A stretch of DNA of 64,000 nt from a phage, in sequence record PV806337.1, one strand, 5' to 3'. This document shows positions 44,513 through 51,968 of the stretch, piece after piece. A program made the position numbers and the translations under genes. The number at the start of each line of letters is the position of its first letter. Position 1 is the stretch's first letter. The notes beneath the pieces were generated by a model. The model made no database searches and was not told the DNA's origin. It worked only from the letters and a program-made list of their open reading frames with translations.

Positions 44513-44644
44513 TGAAGTATGCCGGAATCGGTAGACGGGGCTGCCTAAAAGGTTTATAGGGAACATCCACTCCCTGCAACATACCTCATAAAGCGGCTGA
44601 GATAAATGGTCTATCTCGTGAAGGTTCAAGTCCTTCTGCTTCTT
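44513..44644 (+). ncRNA. tRNA-Leu-like element about 130 nt with extra internal sequence
   Basis: 5' TGAAGTA-TG-CCG-GAATCGGTAGA-CGG resembles type II Leu D-arm; 3' T-arm GAAGG-TTCAAGT-CCTTC; acceptor 6/7 pairs; extra hairpin GAGATA/TATCTC. Confidence 0.35.
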
Positions 44645-44873
44645 GATATATCTATGGCTCAAAGTGTAACGGTGCTATTTGATGCTCTTAGTAAGACTTT
44701 CCCGACATGCGTTCGGGAGTAAGCTGCTAAGGCTAGAGTAGAAGAGTTTCGGAGAGCCGCCACAATTGAAAATTCGTACTCGTCTTGAGCTGCGCGCAAT
44801 AGGAGATAACTTGATTAGTATTCTAGAACATGCTAATTGAGGATGGTTTCGCTAACCCTGCGAGTTTTCAATT

Positions 44874-44950
44874 GTGGCTATATCATAATTGGTTAATGAT
44901 CCTGATTGTGAATCAGGCCTATGTGGATTCGAATTCCACTAGCCACCCCA
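44874..44950 (+). tRNA. tRNA-His (anticodon GTG)
   Basis: Acceptor GTGGCTA/TAGCCAC, anticodon stem CCTGA/TCAGG with loop TTGTGAA, T-arm GTGGA-TTCGAAT-TCCAC, CCA. Confidence 0.8.
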
Positions 44951-44975
44951 AATTAACTTAAACAGGAAATAAAAT

Positions 44976-45170
44976 ATGGCTGATTTCTGCAAACAATGCT
45001 CCATTGATATGTGGGGCAGAGATACTGGTGATCTTTCTGGTTTGATTACAGAAGCTGAAGTTAAAGAAGGCTACGGTGCAGTTGTAGTTTGCGAAGGCTG
45101 TGGAGTTATTCGAGTAGATCATGAAGGCAAACGTTTAGAAGAACCTGGGCCAACTACTCTAATTCCATAG
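44976..45170 (+). CDS. hypothetical Cys-containing protein (64 aa)
   Basis: Track ORF with RBS AGGAAA; CxxC...CxxC. Confidence 0.5.
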   Translation: MADFCKQCSIDMWGRDTGDLSGLITEAEVKEGYGAVVVCEGCGVIRVDHEGKRLEEPGPTTLIP

Positions 45171-45182
45171 AGTAATAATTAT

Positions 45183-45258
45183 TGGGATGTAGATCAATTG
45201 GCAGATCGTCGGCCTCTGACTCCGAAGGTTCCACGTTCGATCCGTGGCATCCCAGCCA
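45183..45258 (+). tRNA. tRNA-Gln (anticodon CTG)
   Basis: Acceptor TGGGATG/CATCCCA, D-arm GATC..GATC, loop CTCTGAC, T-arm CCACG-TTCGATC-CGTGG, CCA. Confidence 0.7.
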
Positions 45259-45264
45259 AACAAT

Positions 45265-45340
45265 TGGAGAGTAGTGTAACGGTTAGCACAACGGCCTTTG
45301 ACTCCGTTAATGGTAGGTTCGATTCCTCCTTCTCCAGCCA
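45265..45340 (+). tRNA. tRNA-Gln (anticodon TTG)
   Basis: Acceptor TGGAGAG/TTCTCCA, loop CTTTGAC (paralogous to previous tRNA), T-loop TTCGATT, CCA. Confidence 0.7.
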
Positions 45341-45348
45341 AATAATAA

Positions 45349-45424
45349 GCGGTTAAGCACACGGGTTGTGTCGCAGGCCTTCCAAGCCTCGCTGAGTAGG
45401 GTTCGATTCCCTCTAGCCGCTCCA
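45349..45424 (+). tRNA. tRNA-Gly (anticodon TCC)
   Basis: Acceptor GCGGTTA/TAGCCGC, anticodon stem AGGC/GCCT with loop CTTCCAA, T-loop TTCGATT, CCA. Confidence 0.7.
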
Positions 45425-45440
45425 ACTTTAAGGAAATGTT

Positions 45441-45662
45441 ATGCACGTTTTTGAGTTTCGTAATAAAAATACTGATAAGCGAGTTATCATTATTGGAGAA
45501 ACATACCGAGCATATGAACAAACTGACGGCTCTGTTATCTTGAATGATGAGAAAGGAGGTTTTAGCTTTTATCCAGAAGAACCTTATGAAGAGTTTCGTA
45601 CTAAGTTTCTTTTACCAGACTGGCTAGCAGTAGCTGAGCAACGAGAATCCGAAGATGGCTGA
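45441..45662 (+). CDS. hypothetical protein (73 aa)
   Basis: Track ORF with RBS AAGGAAA. Confidence 0.55.
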   Translation: MHVFEFRNKNTDKRVIIIGETYRAYEQTDGSVILNDEKGGFSFYPEEPYEEFRTKFLLPDWLAVAEQRESEDG

Positions 45663-45819
45663 TAACCTAAAATTAAGGGTCGACAAACAAAAGAAATACA
45701 TTGAGGTTGAATTAGGCGAAGAACGCTTAAAGCTAACTTTCGAGTTTCTTCAGCAGTTGGCAATGACAGTTATGACTGATAAGTCTCCTGTTATTGAAAA
45801 AGAAATCCCGTTGAAATAA
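45655..45819 (+). CDS. hypothetical small protein (54 aa)
   Basis: ATG overlapping previous stop (ATGGCTGA); not in track. Confidence 0.35.
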   Translation: MADNLKLRVDKQKKYIEVELGEERLKLTFEFLQQLAMTVMTDKSPVIEKEIPLK

Positions 45820-45827
45820 CGGGTTCT

Positions 45828-45902
45828 GCTCCTAAAGCATTGCTGGCGATGCAGTTGCCTTGTAAGCATCTGAACCGGGTTCGATTCCTGGTGGGAGCAC
45901 CA
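45828..45902 (+). tRNA. tRNA-Thr (anticodon TGT)
   Basis: Acceptor GCTCCTA/TGGGAGC, D-arm GCAT..ATGC, loop CTTGTAA, T-arm CCGGG-TTCGATT-CCTGG, CCA. Confidence 0.7.
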
Positions 45903-45917
45903 AATTTAAAAATTCAT

Positions 45918-45946
45918 TTGCCTTCTCTCTTATTTCTTGTTATAAT
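45918..45946 (+). promoter_or_regulatory. T5-type promoter
   Basis: -35 TTGCCT, 17 bp, -10 TATAAT upstream of 45977. Confidence 0.7.
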
Positions 45947-45976
45947 ATTTATATAAATTAATGAGAGGGAAACCAA

Positions 45977-46270
45977 ATGAAACGTTATCTTTCTGTAGTA
46001 TTTCAAACTGGTGGTCAAAGATATACCTATGAATTTCCTAACTCTTGGAAAATCAAAGAAGGTGATCAAGTTGTTGTGTTAACACCACGTGAAGGATATA
46101 AAGTAGTAACTGTTAAACAAGTATTCCCAAAAGATCATGAACCAGCTAAAGGCATTTGCTATAAGATGATTCATGGTGTAGTTCGTCAAGTACCACGAGC
46201 GGAAGTCGAAATCAAAATAGATAAAGATGGTAAACTTAAATACACCTCCTGCTTAGACGAGTTGCTATAA
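45977..46270 (+). CDS. hypothetical protein (97 aa)
   Basis: Track ORF with promoter and RBS GAGAGGGAAA. Confidence 0.55.
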   Translation: MKRYLSVVFQTGGQRYTYEFPNSWKIKEGDQVVVLTPREGYKVVTVKQVFPKDHEPAKGICYKMIHGVVRQVPRAEVEIKIDKDGKLKYTSCLDELL

Positions 46271-46476
46271 TGAGGATTACTTTTACAGAAAAGATCATGA
46301 GTAATGGTGTTATGATCATTACCGCATGGGATGGTAATCAGTGGTGTAGTGTTTCAGGTATTAAACCTGAAGAACAAACACTAGAAAATATCTCAAAGAT
46401 TAAGCGAAGAATGGCAGAACGTGCACGACTTCCAGGTGCACCCAGAAATGGCAAACGTTCTGCAACTAAATGTTAA
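46270..46476 (+). CDS. hypothetical protein (68 aa)
   Basis: Track ORF overlapping previous stop. Confidence 0.5.
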   Translation: MRITFTEKIMSNGVMIITAWDGNQWCSVSGIKPEEQTLENISKIKRRMAERARLPGAPRNGKRSATKC

Positions 46477-46477
46477 T

Positions 46478-46554
46478 GCTTCGGTAGCTTAGCGATCTAA
46501 AGCACTCGGCTGATAACCGAGAGATCGGGGGTTTAAATCCCTCCCGGAGTACCA
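46478..46554 (+). tRNA. tRNA-Ile (anticodon GAT)
   Basis: Acceptor GCTTCGG/CCGGAGT, anticodon stem CTCGG/CCGAG with loop CTGATAA, T-loop TTTAAAT, CCA. Confidence 0.75.
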
Positions 46555-46650
46555 AATTTAGGAATTAAGACTATGCGTCCAGGAAAGTTTAAAAAAGCTA
46601 ATTGGTCTAAAGAGTATAAAGAATACTTACTTAGTCTAATAAAACATAAT

Positions 46651-46726
46651 AGTTAGTTGGCAGAGTGGTTATGCACCTCCTTCATACGGAGCGATTACAG
46701 TGGTTCAAATCCACTACTAACTACCA
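46651..46726 (+). tRNA. tRNA with CAT anticodon (Met/fMet/Ile2)
   Basis: Acceptor AGTTAGT/ACTAACT, anticodon stem CTCC/GGAG with loop TTCATAC, T-arm AGTGG-TTCAAAT-CCACT, CCA. Confidence 0.7.
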
Positions 46727-46763
46727 TTAAAAGAGCTAGAGATAGCTAAATATAGGAGCAGTT

Positions 46764-46958
46764 ATGTTAACAGTTAAAGTAATGGCCACTAATGGTGGTG
46801 AAGAAATTCATGACGGTACTAGTGTAGGATTTAATCCCAAAAATAAAAGTATTCATATTTCAGGATTAGATCAACCAATTTTCTTAAAAGAGAATGAAGT
46901 TGCCTATGTTATGAACCAAAATGGTAAAACTGTTTCCGTATACTATGGAAAAGTATAA
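46764..46958 (+). CDS. hypothetical protein (64 aa)
   Basis: Track ORF with RBS AGGAG; terminator follows. Confidence 0.55.
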   Translation: MLTVKVMATNGGEEIHDGTSVGFNPKNKSIHISGLDQPIFLKENEVAYVMNQNGKTVSVYYGKV

Positions 46959-46968
46959 AGAATAAAAT

Positions 46969-46995
46969 ATCAGGCCTTTGTGCCTGATTTCTATG
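46969..46995 (+). terminator. rho-independent terminator
   Basis: ATCAGGC-CTTTGT-GCCTGAT followed by TTCTATGTTTATT. Confidence 0.6.
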
Positions 46996-47143
46996 TTTAT
47001 TAAGCTGAATGGGACTATCAATCCACAAGCCGGACTACGAGCGATTATCGGGTATTCACTTAATAAACAGCCTGCCTTCCAGTTTTTATCTTGCTTCTGG
47101 GTTAACAAAAAGCTGAGCCAAATTCTAACATCGGGGAGATCTA

Positions 47144-47512
47144 ATGAAAGCATATCAAAATCTTAAATCTGGCGTAATTAACCTTGTTCATGAAAATCAG
47201 ATTATTCAGCTGTACTCCGACAATGGTGAACTTAAACAGAAAGTTCTAGTTGAAGATCTAGAAGGTATCACACCACAATTCGATTCCGAAGCCTTCCGTG
47301 AAGTCAAAGTGGAAGTCGCTCCTCAAATCGAAGGTGGTCAGCACCTAAATGTCAATGTGTTAAGCCGTGATCAGCTTTTGGATGCGCAGAAACATCCTGA
47401 AAAATATCCTCAGTTGACCATCCGTGTCTCTGGCTACGCTGTTCGATTTAATGCACTGACTCGCGAACAACAGAACGACGTTATTAGTCGTACGTTTACT
47501 CAGGCGATGTAA
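47144..47512 (+). CDS. grcA: autonomous glycyl-radical cofactor (GrcA/YfiD-like)
   Basis: C-terminal half [57 protein letters not shown] closely resembles E. coli GrcA incl. RVSGY glycyl radical motif. Confidence 0.8.
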   Translation: MKAYQNLKSGVINLVHENQIIQLYSDNGELKQKVLVEDLEGITPQFDSEAFREVKVEVAPQIEGGQHLNVNVLSRDQLLDAQKHPEKYPQLTIRVSGYAVRFNALTREQQNDVISRTFTQAM

Positions 47513-47593
47513 TGGGGTTTGGATACGATTTCTCCCAGCTACGCAAGGTAGTCGAGCAAACTCCATTTATCTCCCAAGTTTTAGGAGAAATGT

Positions 47594-47908
47594 GTGGATC
47601 GAGCATTAAGACGCCATCACCGGCAACGTATGAAGAACAACCGCAAGAAGTACTGGACAGTCTTTCCACATGAAGAAAGCCCTAAGCGGTTAGGTATCAT
47701 CACTACTACTCCTTGCATCTGTTCTTGTTGGATGTGTGGGAACCCTCGCAAATATTATAAGAATAGTAAAGCAGGACTGAAAATTTCGGAGATTAGGAAA
47801 ATGGAAGCAATGATTATGGGCATTTCAAATGATGAATTTGATGGCTTTGTAGGATTCGGAGAAGGAATCAGCTCAGGCTGTTTCGAAGATGAATGCCACG
47901 ATCTGTAA
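47594..47908 (+). CDS. hypothetical protein with basic N-terminus and CxCxCxxC cluster (104 aa)
   Basis: GTG start with RBS AGGAG; TPCICSCWMCGNP; not a CX3CX2C radical-SAM motif. Confidence 0.5.
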   Translation: MDRALRRHHRQRMKNNRKKYWTVFPHEESPKRLGIITTTPCICSCWMCGNPRKYYKNSKAGLKISEIRKMEAMIMGISNDEFDGFVGFGEGISSGCFEDECHDL

Positions 47909-47917
47909 TTAATAACA

Positions 47918-47953
47918 AACCCCAGCTATTGAACAAGTAGTCTGGGGTTTTTC
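47918..47953 (+). terminator. rho-independent terminator
   Basis: AACCCCAG ... CTGGGGTT followed by TTTCT. Confidence 0.7.
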
Positions 47954-48029
47954 TGTATACAGGTAAATAGTTTATGTATAATAAAATTCATCCACATTAG
48001 GTTAATTTAAAAGACTTAATGGAGGTAAT

Positions 48030-48377
48030 ATGAGCCGTACTTATCGTAAACAATCTGGTGATCAGTGGTGGAAGTCTAAAGAACAATTCTCTCAAGAATA
48101 TTCTTTCATCAAAGAAAATGGCTACTGGATTCGTGTTATTTATGCCAAATCTTGGGACTACATCAAAAAAGAAATGAAGGAAGCAACCATTCGTAATGAG
48201 AAAAAGGATGGTTATAACTGGAATTCCATTAGTAAGAATGTTAAGTGGCACTCTAATAAAATGGTTCGTCAAGGGAATCGTCAAGAACTCCACCGCGTGA
48301 TGAAAGATACAGAAAATTATGATTATAATCGCGATCATGACATGCGTAAGCGTGGATTATGGTGGTGCTATGACTAA
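48030..48377 (+). CDS. hypothetical protein (115 aa), Trp/Lys-rich
   Basis: Track ORF with RBS GGAGG. Confidence 0.55.
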   Translation: MSRTYRKQSGDQWWKSKEQFSQEYSFIKENGYWIRVIYAKSWDYIKKEMKEATIRNEKKDGYNWNSISKNVKWHSNKMVRQGNRQELHRVMKDTENYDYNRDHDMRKRGLWWCYD

Positions 48378-48394
48378 ATTCTGAAATAATTCAT

Positions 48395-48423
48395 TTGCTA
48401 AACCTCTCTTTTCTTGCTATAAT
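48395..48423 (+). promoter_or_regulatory. T5-type promoter
   Basis: -35 TTGCTA, 17 bp, -10 TATAAT upstream of 48454. Confidence 0.7.
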
Positions 48424-48453
48424 ATATTTATAAATTGATGGGAGAGGTTTGAA

Positions 48454-48735
48454 ATGAAAACTCGTCTAGACTGTGCCCTTCATGTTCTTGAGCATGATGT
48501 TGTGGGAACCTGTATGTCTTACCACGAAGCAGGTCGTTTAATTAAAGAACGTGTGGCAGATGTGTGCGGATTGAAGATTACTGCTGAGGAATCTGAGGAT
48601 CTTTTAGGTCAAGCACTGGAGAAAACCGAAATGTTTCTCTGCGATTCTTGTTCTTGGTGGTGTGAAGCTCACGAACGTTCTTTCAACGATTATGATGTAT
48701 GTCGTGATTGTAGTGGGGAGGATGAAAATGAATAA
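48454..48735 (+). CDS. hypothetical Cys-rich protein (93 aa)
   Basis: Track ORF with promoter; CDSCSWWCEAH...CRDCSG. Confidence 0.55.
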   Translation: MKTRLDCALHVLEHDVVGTCMSYHEAGRLIKERVADVCGLKITAEESEDLLGQALEKTEMFLCDSCSWWCEAHERSFNDYDVCRDCSGEDENE

Positions 48736-49027
48736 GTTTATTATTGCACTGATGATCTCCGCAGTTAGTTTCGGTTCTATGGCGTCTACCAAAGTTTCTA
48801 TGAAAAATGGCAGTGTTAAAGTCCAACAGAACGGCATTATTACCGAGTATGGTAAAGTTCGTGATGTTAAAGAACGTAATGGTAAAGTAGAAATCTATAC
48901 TAACAAAAACTTTTCTACTCCAGCTGTTACTATTGGCAAACGCGGTGAAATAACCACTCAACGTACTAATAGCTCTAGTTCTTTTACTTGTCGTTATGAT
49001 TGCGACTTTGAAGGTGAAGATGAATAA
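48728..49027 (+). CDS. secreted protein with signal peptide (99 aa)
   Basis: MNKFIIALMISAVSFGSMAS signal peptide; RBS GGGAGG; track start 48662 lies in upstream gene. Confidence 0.5.
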   Translation: MNKFIIALMISAVSFGSMASTKVSMKNGSVKVQQNGIITEYGKVRDVKERNGKVEIYTNKNFSTPAVTIGKRGEITTQRTNSSSSFTCRYDCDFEGEDE

Positions 49028-49412
49028 TTTAGACCCTAGAATTAAATTTGCAATTACCGAAATCCAAGATCAAATTGATGAGGACTTTACTGTTTGGTCA
49101 AGGTCCGGTAACGGGGAATACTGCCAGCTTTATAGTATGAAAATGGGTATCTCAATTGAGCTTAATATCAACTCTGAGGGTAGAGTTGAAGCCCAACCCA
49201 TGTTCAGTGTTCCAGGCTTCTCTGGATTTGTTGCAGGTATAAAATTGTGCCTACCAAATAACCATCTTCATCGAGTTATTTGTCAGCTAGAGACTATTAA
49301 GCATTTCTTGCCAGAAGGTAATATTAATGACTACTACCATGAAGTTGTAGCAGCTCATATGATGAAAGAAAGTAAACGTCGGAGAGAAGAACGTGAAAAG
49401 ACTAAACATTAA
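49020..49412 (+). CDS. hypothetical protein (130 aa)
   Basis: Internal ATG of track ORF 48996..49412 with RBS GAAGGTGAAG. Confidence 0.5.
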   Translation: MNNLDPRIKFAITEIQDQIDEDFTVWSRSGNGEYCQLYSMKMGISIELNINSEGRVEAQPMFSVPGFSGFVAGIKLCLPNNHLHRVICQLETIKHFLPEGNINDYYHEVVAAHMMKESKRRREEREKTKH

Positions 49413-49689
49413 CAGCACAGTGCAGATTCCAGCAACTAAGGATGTTTTAACATTCCTACGAAGTGAAAACGCTCAGTTTTGGCATGATCATGTTGTAAAG
49501 AACGGTAGTATTCCAGATGTAGTTGCCTTTGCCAAAAAACGTATCGAAGAATATAAAGATCCAGAGATTAAAGATGGGATGATCACTATGCAATTGTGGG
49601 TAGCCATGAATACGTTTGGACCTACTATGAGTCTAGGAGTTACTCCACTGTTTACTAATATTCTAATTAATGAAAAGGATCTGAAATGA
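49393..49689 (+). CDS. hypothetical protein (98 aa)
   Basis: Track ORF, GTG start. Confidence 0.5.
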   Translation: MKRLNINSTVQIPATKDVLTFLRSENAQFWHDHVVKNGSIPDVVAFAKKRIEEYKDPEIKDGMITMQLWVAMNTFGPTMSLGVTPLFTNILINEKDLK

Positions 49690-49970
49690 TTATCTCTCCA
49701 TTTGCTCTTTGGTTCGTCATTGGATCTATAGTAGCTATTTACAGCTTGGTTGATGATCTGTATATTTCTAAGAATAAAGATGTAATATTATACGTTATAC
49801 ATAAAACTCGACCGTTAGATCTGCCTCCTCTTGATGATAAAACATTACTCAGATGTGCTAGATCTATGATATTTATTGTGGATATTCTTCTAGGCCCAAC
49901 ATCTGTGTTTTTCTTTTATAGAAAGACTCGTAATATGAAAAAATTTAAAGCTGAAATGCAGAATACCTAA
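49686..49970 (+). CDS. membrane protein (94 aa)
   Basis: Track ORF; N-terminal TM FALWFVIGSIVAIYSLV. Confidence 0.5.
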   Translation: MIISPFALWFVIGSIVAIYSLVDDLYISKNKDVILYVIHKTRPLDLPPLDDKTLLRCARSMIFIVDILLGPTSVFFFYRKTRNMKKFKAEMQNT

Positions 49971-50080
49971 AGAACTCGCGTAGGACCGAGTTGCGTCACC
50001 TGCAACTGTTACGGATAAGGGAGTCGTGCCCCTTAGTGCGGTAAGTGGTGAGGTGGCTGCTAGCCATAACTGGAGATAAT

Positions 50081-50425
50081 ATGACTATATTACTAATTCT
50101 TGTTACAACTTGGTTTTTAATCGGTGCTGTATATGCGATAGCTATTATTAGACATTTGGATGAACATTCTGCTGAATGGTTTGTTAAGTATCTACGTATT
50201 GATGATCAAGAACAGAAGTTTAAAGATGAAAAGCAGAAAAAAGCAGTAAATAATATGACAGCCAAAGAATGCTTGTTCTACATGCGTATTGTAGGGTTCT
50301 TTGGACTATTAGTTGCTGGCCCAATTGGTTCTACCATTGCTCCATATAAAGAAACAGTTGCTGACATCAAATTGTGGAGAAATGCAGGGGTACTACGCAA
50401 AGCTAGAGAAACTAATATTACATAA
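50081..50425 (+). CDS. membrane protein (114 aa)
   Basis: ATG with RBS GGAGA; two predicted TM segments; terminator follows. Confidence 0.5.
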   Translation: MTILLILVTTWFLIGAVYAIAIIRHLDEHSAEWFVKYLRIDDQEQKFKDEKQKKAVNNMTAKECLFYMRIVGFFGLLVAGPIGSTIAPYKETVADIKLWRNAGVLRKARETNIT

Positions 50426-50469
50426 GATTGATACTAAATCAACTTACTAGCAAAAGCAAATAATGACAA

Positions 50470-50505
50470 AGCCCAGCCTGCACTTTTGCGACTGGGCTAT
50501 TTTTA
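50470..50505 (+). terminator. rho-independent terminator
   Basis: GCCCAG-CCTGCACTTTTGCGA-CTGGGC followed by TATTTTTAT. Confidence 0.65.
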
Positions 50506-50519
50506 TAATAAAATTTTAG

Positions 50520-50548
50520 TTGCTTAGATGCCCAAACTTTTGTATAAT
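50520..50548 (+). promoter_or_regulatory. T5-type promoter
   Basis: -35 TTGCTT, 17 bp, -10 TATAAT upstream of 50580. Confidence 0.7.
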
Positions 50549-50579
50549 ATGTTTATAGATTGAGGCAAGAGGATTAAAT

Positions 50580-51278
50580 ATGAGGATTATTTCTAAGTTC
50601 GCCGATGTGTATGATTTGCAGAACAGTTTGTTCGACCCAGATCGTGTTTGGGAGCGTAAAACTGAAGAGTTGCTGGTTAAAGTAACCGATGATGCAGAAA
50701 AGAACATTGTGCATACTCGCCAGGTATTTCGTGATGGCTCGCTATCTTTTCGTGGTGATTTCGAATATTTTGTAAACCCACTATTTGTTGCAGGTGAAGT
50801 TTACTGGTTGCACGAGCTGTACTGCTGGCATCCGGCATTTAGCTTCAAAACGTTCAACCTCGACACTATGTTCGATAAAATGGAAGAGATGGGGTTGCAT
50901 GCCCGCTCTTATTTAATGGATAAGAGTCGCGGAGATGTTCGTGAAACAATGCGTGATTTGCTCGCTGAAGCAAAACCTAAAGCAGAACGTATCTTATCCG
51001 AACTGCGTGTACCGATTGCATATGTGAAAGGTATTAAAAAGAACGATAACGATGATGTTCGTAACTTCGTGATTCAGACTAACATTCGTTTCCATCAGTC
51101 AGGTATTCCGTGGCAGGAAATTGAAAGTAACTTATACCGTTTACACCAAGTTCTCGAACAGTATATCTTCGGTGTACTAGGAACTGGTGAGCCTGATATG
51201 ATTAAAGTATCAGATAAAGACAGGTTAGCAGCGCATGGATTTGATACAAAAACTTCTTTCAGGAATATGGCAAGGTAA
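50580..51278 (+). CDS. hypothetical protein (232 aa)
   Basis: Track ORF with promoter and RBS. Confidence 0.6.
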   Translation: MRIISKFADVYDLQNSLFDPDRVWERKTEELLVKVTDDAEKNIVHTRQVFRDGSLSFRGDFEYFVNPLFVAGEVYWLHELYCWHPAFSFKTFNLDTMFDKMEEMGLHARSYLMDKSRGDVRETMRDLLAEAKPKAERILSELRVPIAYVKGIKKNDNDDVRNFVIQTNIRFHQSGIPWQEIESNLYRLHQVLEQYIFGVLGTGEPDMIKVSDKDRLAAHGFDTKTSFRNMAR

Positions 51279-51684
51279 GTGGTATATCCTGGGAGCAGGT
51301 CTAGCGATAGGCATCGGGTTCGGTGCTTATCACTTAGTAGATAAAGTGGAGACTTTAGCAGGAGATCTTGCGGTAGCTACTAAAAAGATTTCTTCTCTAG
51401 AGACTTCCCTCAATAAGGTGAAAGCTGAAAGCGAACTTCGTGAGACTAGAATGAATCAGTATTTCACAATGAATAATATTTCGCAAGCAGATCTAGACAA
51501 AAAGATTAAGCAGTTAGACAAAGCTCTTAGTCGCCAAGATATTATAGCTGCAAAGCCTGGATTGGTAACATTAATTGCTAAAAAGCAGAGTAAAGAGTTC
51601 GAGGAAAGATTAGCATGTTTAACTGGAAACTTGGAATACTGCTCGCAGCCGCAATCACAATCACAGGCTGTGCAGAAGAAATAA
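51235..51684 (+). CDS. membrane-anchored coiled-coil protein (possible i-spanin-like)
   Basis: N-terminal TM WYILGAGLAIGIGFGAYHLV then coiled coil; overlaps both neighbours. Confidence 0.5.
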   Translation: MDLIQKLLSGIWQGKWYILGAGLAIGIGFGAYHLVDKVETLAGDLAVATKKISSLETSLNKVKAESELRETRMNQYFTMNNISQADLDKKIKQLDKALSRQDIIAAKPGLVTLIAKKQSKEFEERLACLTGNLEYCSQPQSQSQAVQKK

Positions 51685-51968
51685 AACCAGAGCCATCTCA
51701 TGAGTTAAAGCAAGCTCATGTAGACTGGCCTAAAGGACTTCAACCTTGTAGCTTTGACTTTAAGTTTGAAAAGAAAGTAGCTACAAATGGAGAAGATGGC
51801 GTAGTAGTTGTTGTACCATATAAAGATTGGAATATGTTGGCAAAATGCCGTGAGGCAGAATATTCATATATTTCACGACTGACAAGTATGGTTTGCTTCT
51901 ATCGCCAAGATTTACAAGAAAAACGTTGCTTAGTTTACTATCCACCCATTACAAATAGGAAAGATTAA
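51615..51968 (+). CDS. lipoprotein (possible o-spanin-like)
   Basis: Lipobox LAAAITITGC; start embedded in upstream gene; RBS GAGGAAAG. Confidence 0.5.
   Translation: MFNWKLGILLAAAITITGCAEEIKPEPSHELKQAHVDWPKGLQPCSFDFKFEKKVATNGEDGVVVVVPYKDWNMLAKCREAEYSYISRLTSMVCFYRQDLQEKRCLVYYPPITNRKD

Noticed and set aside
45159-45521. Minus-strand track ORF 45159..45521
   Set aside because: Antisense across three tRNA genes (Gln, Gln, Gly); artefact
48401-48450. Complementarity between promoter spacer (AAACCTCTC) and downstream RBS (GAGAGGTTT)
   Set aside because: The spacer lies upstream of the transcription start, so the pairing cannot form in the mRNA; likely coincidence of a pyrimidine-rich spacer and purine-rich RBS
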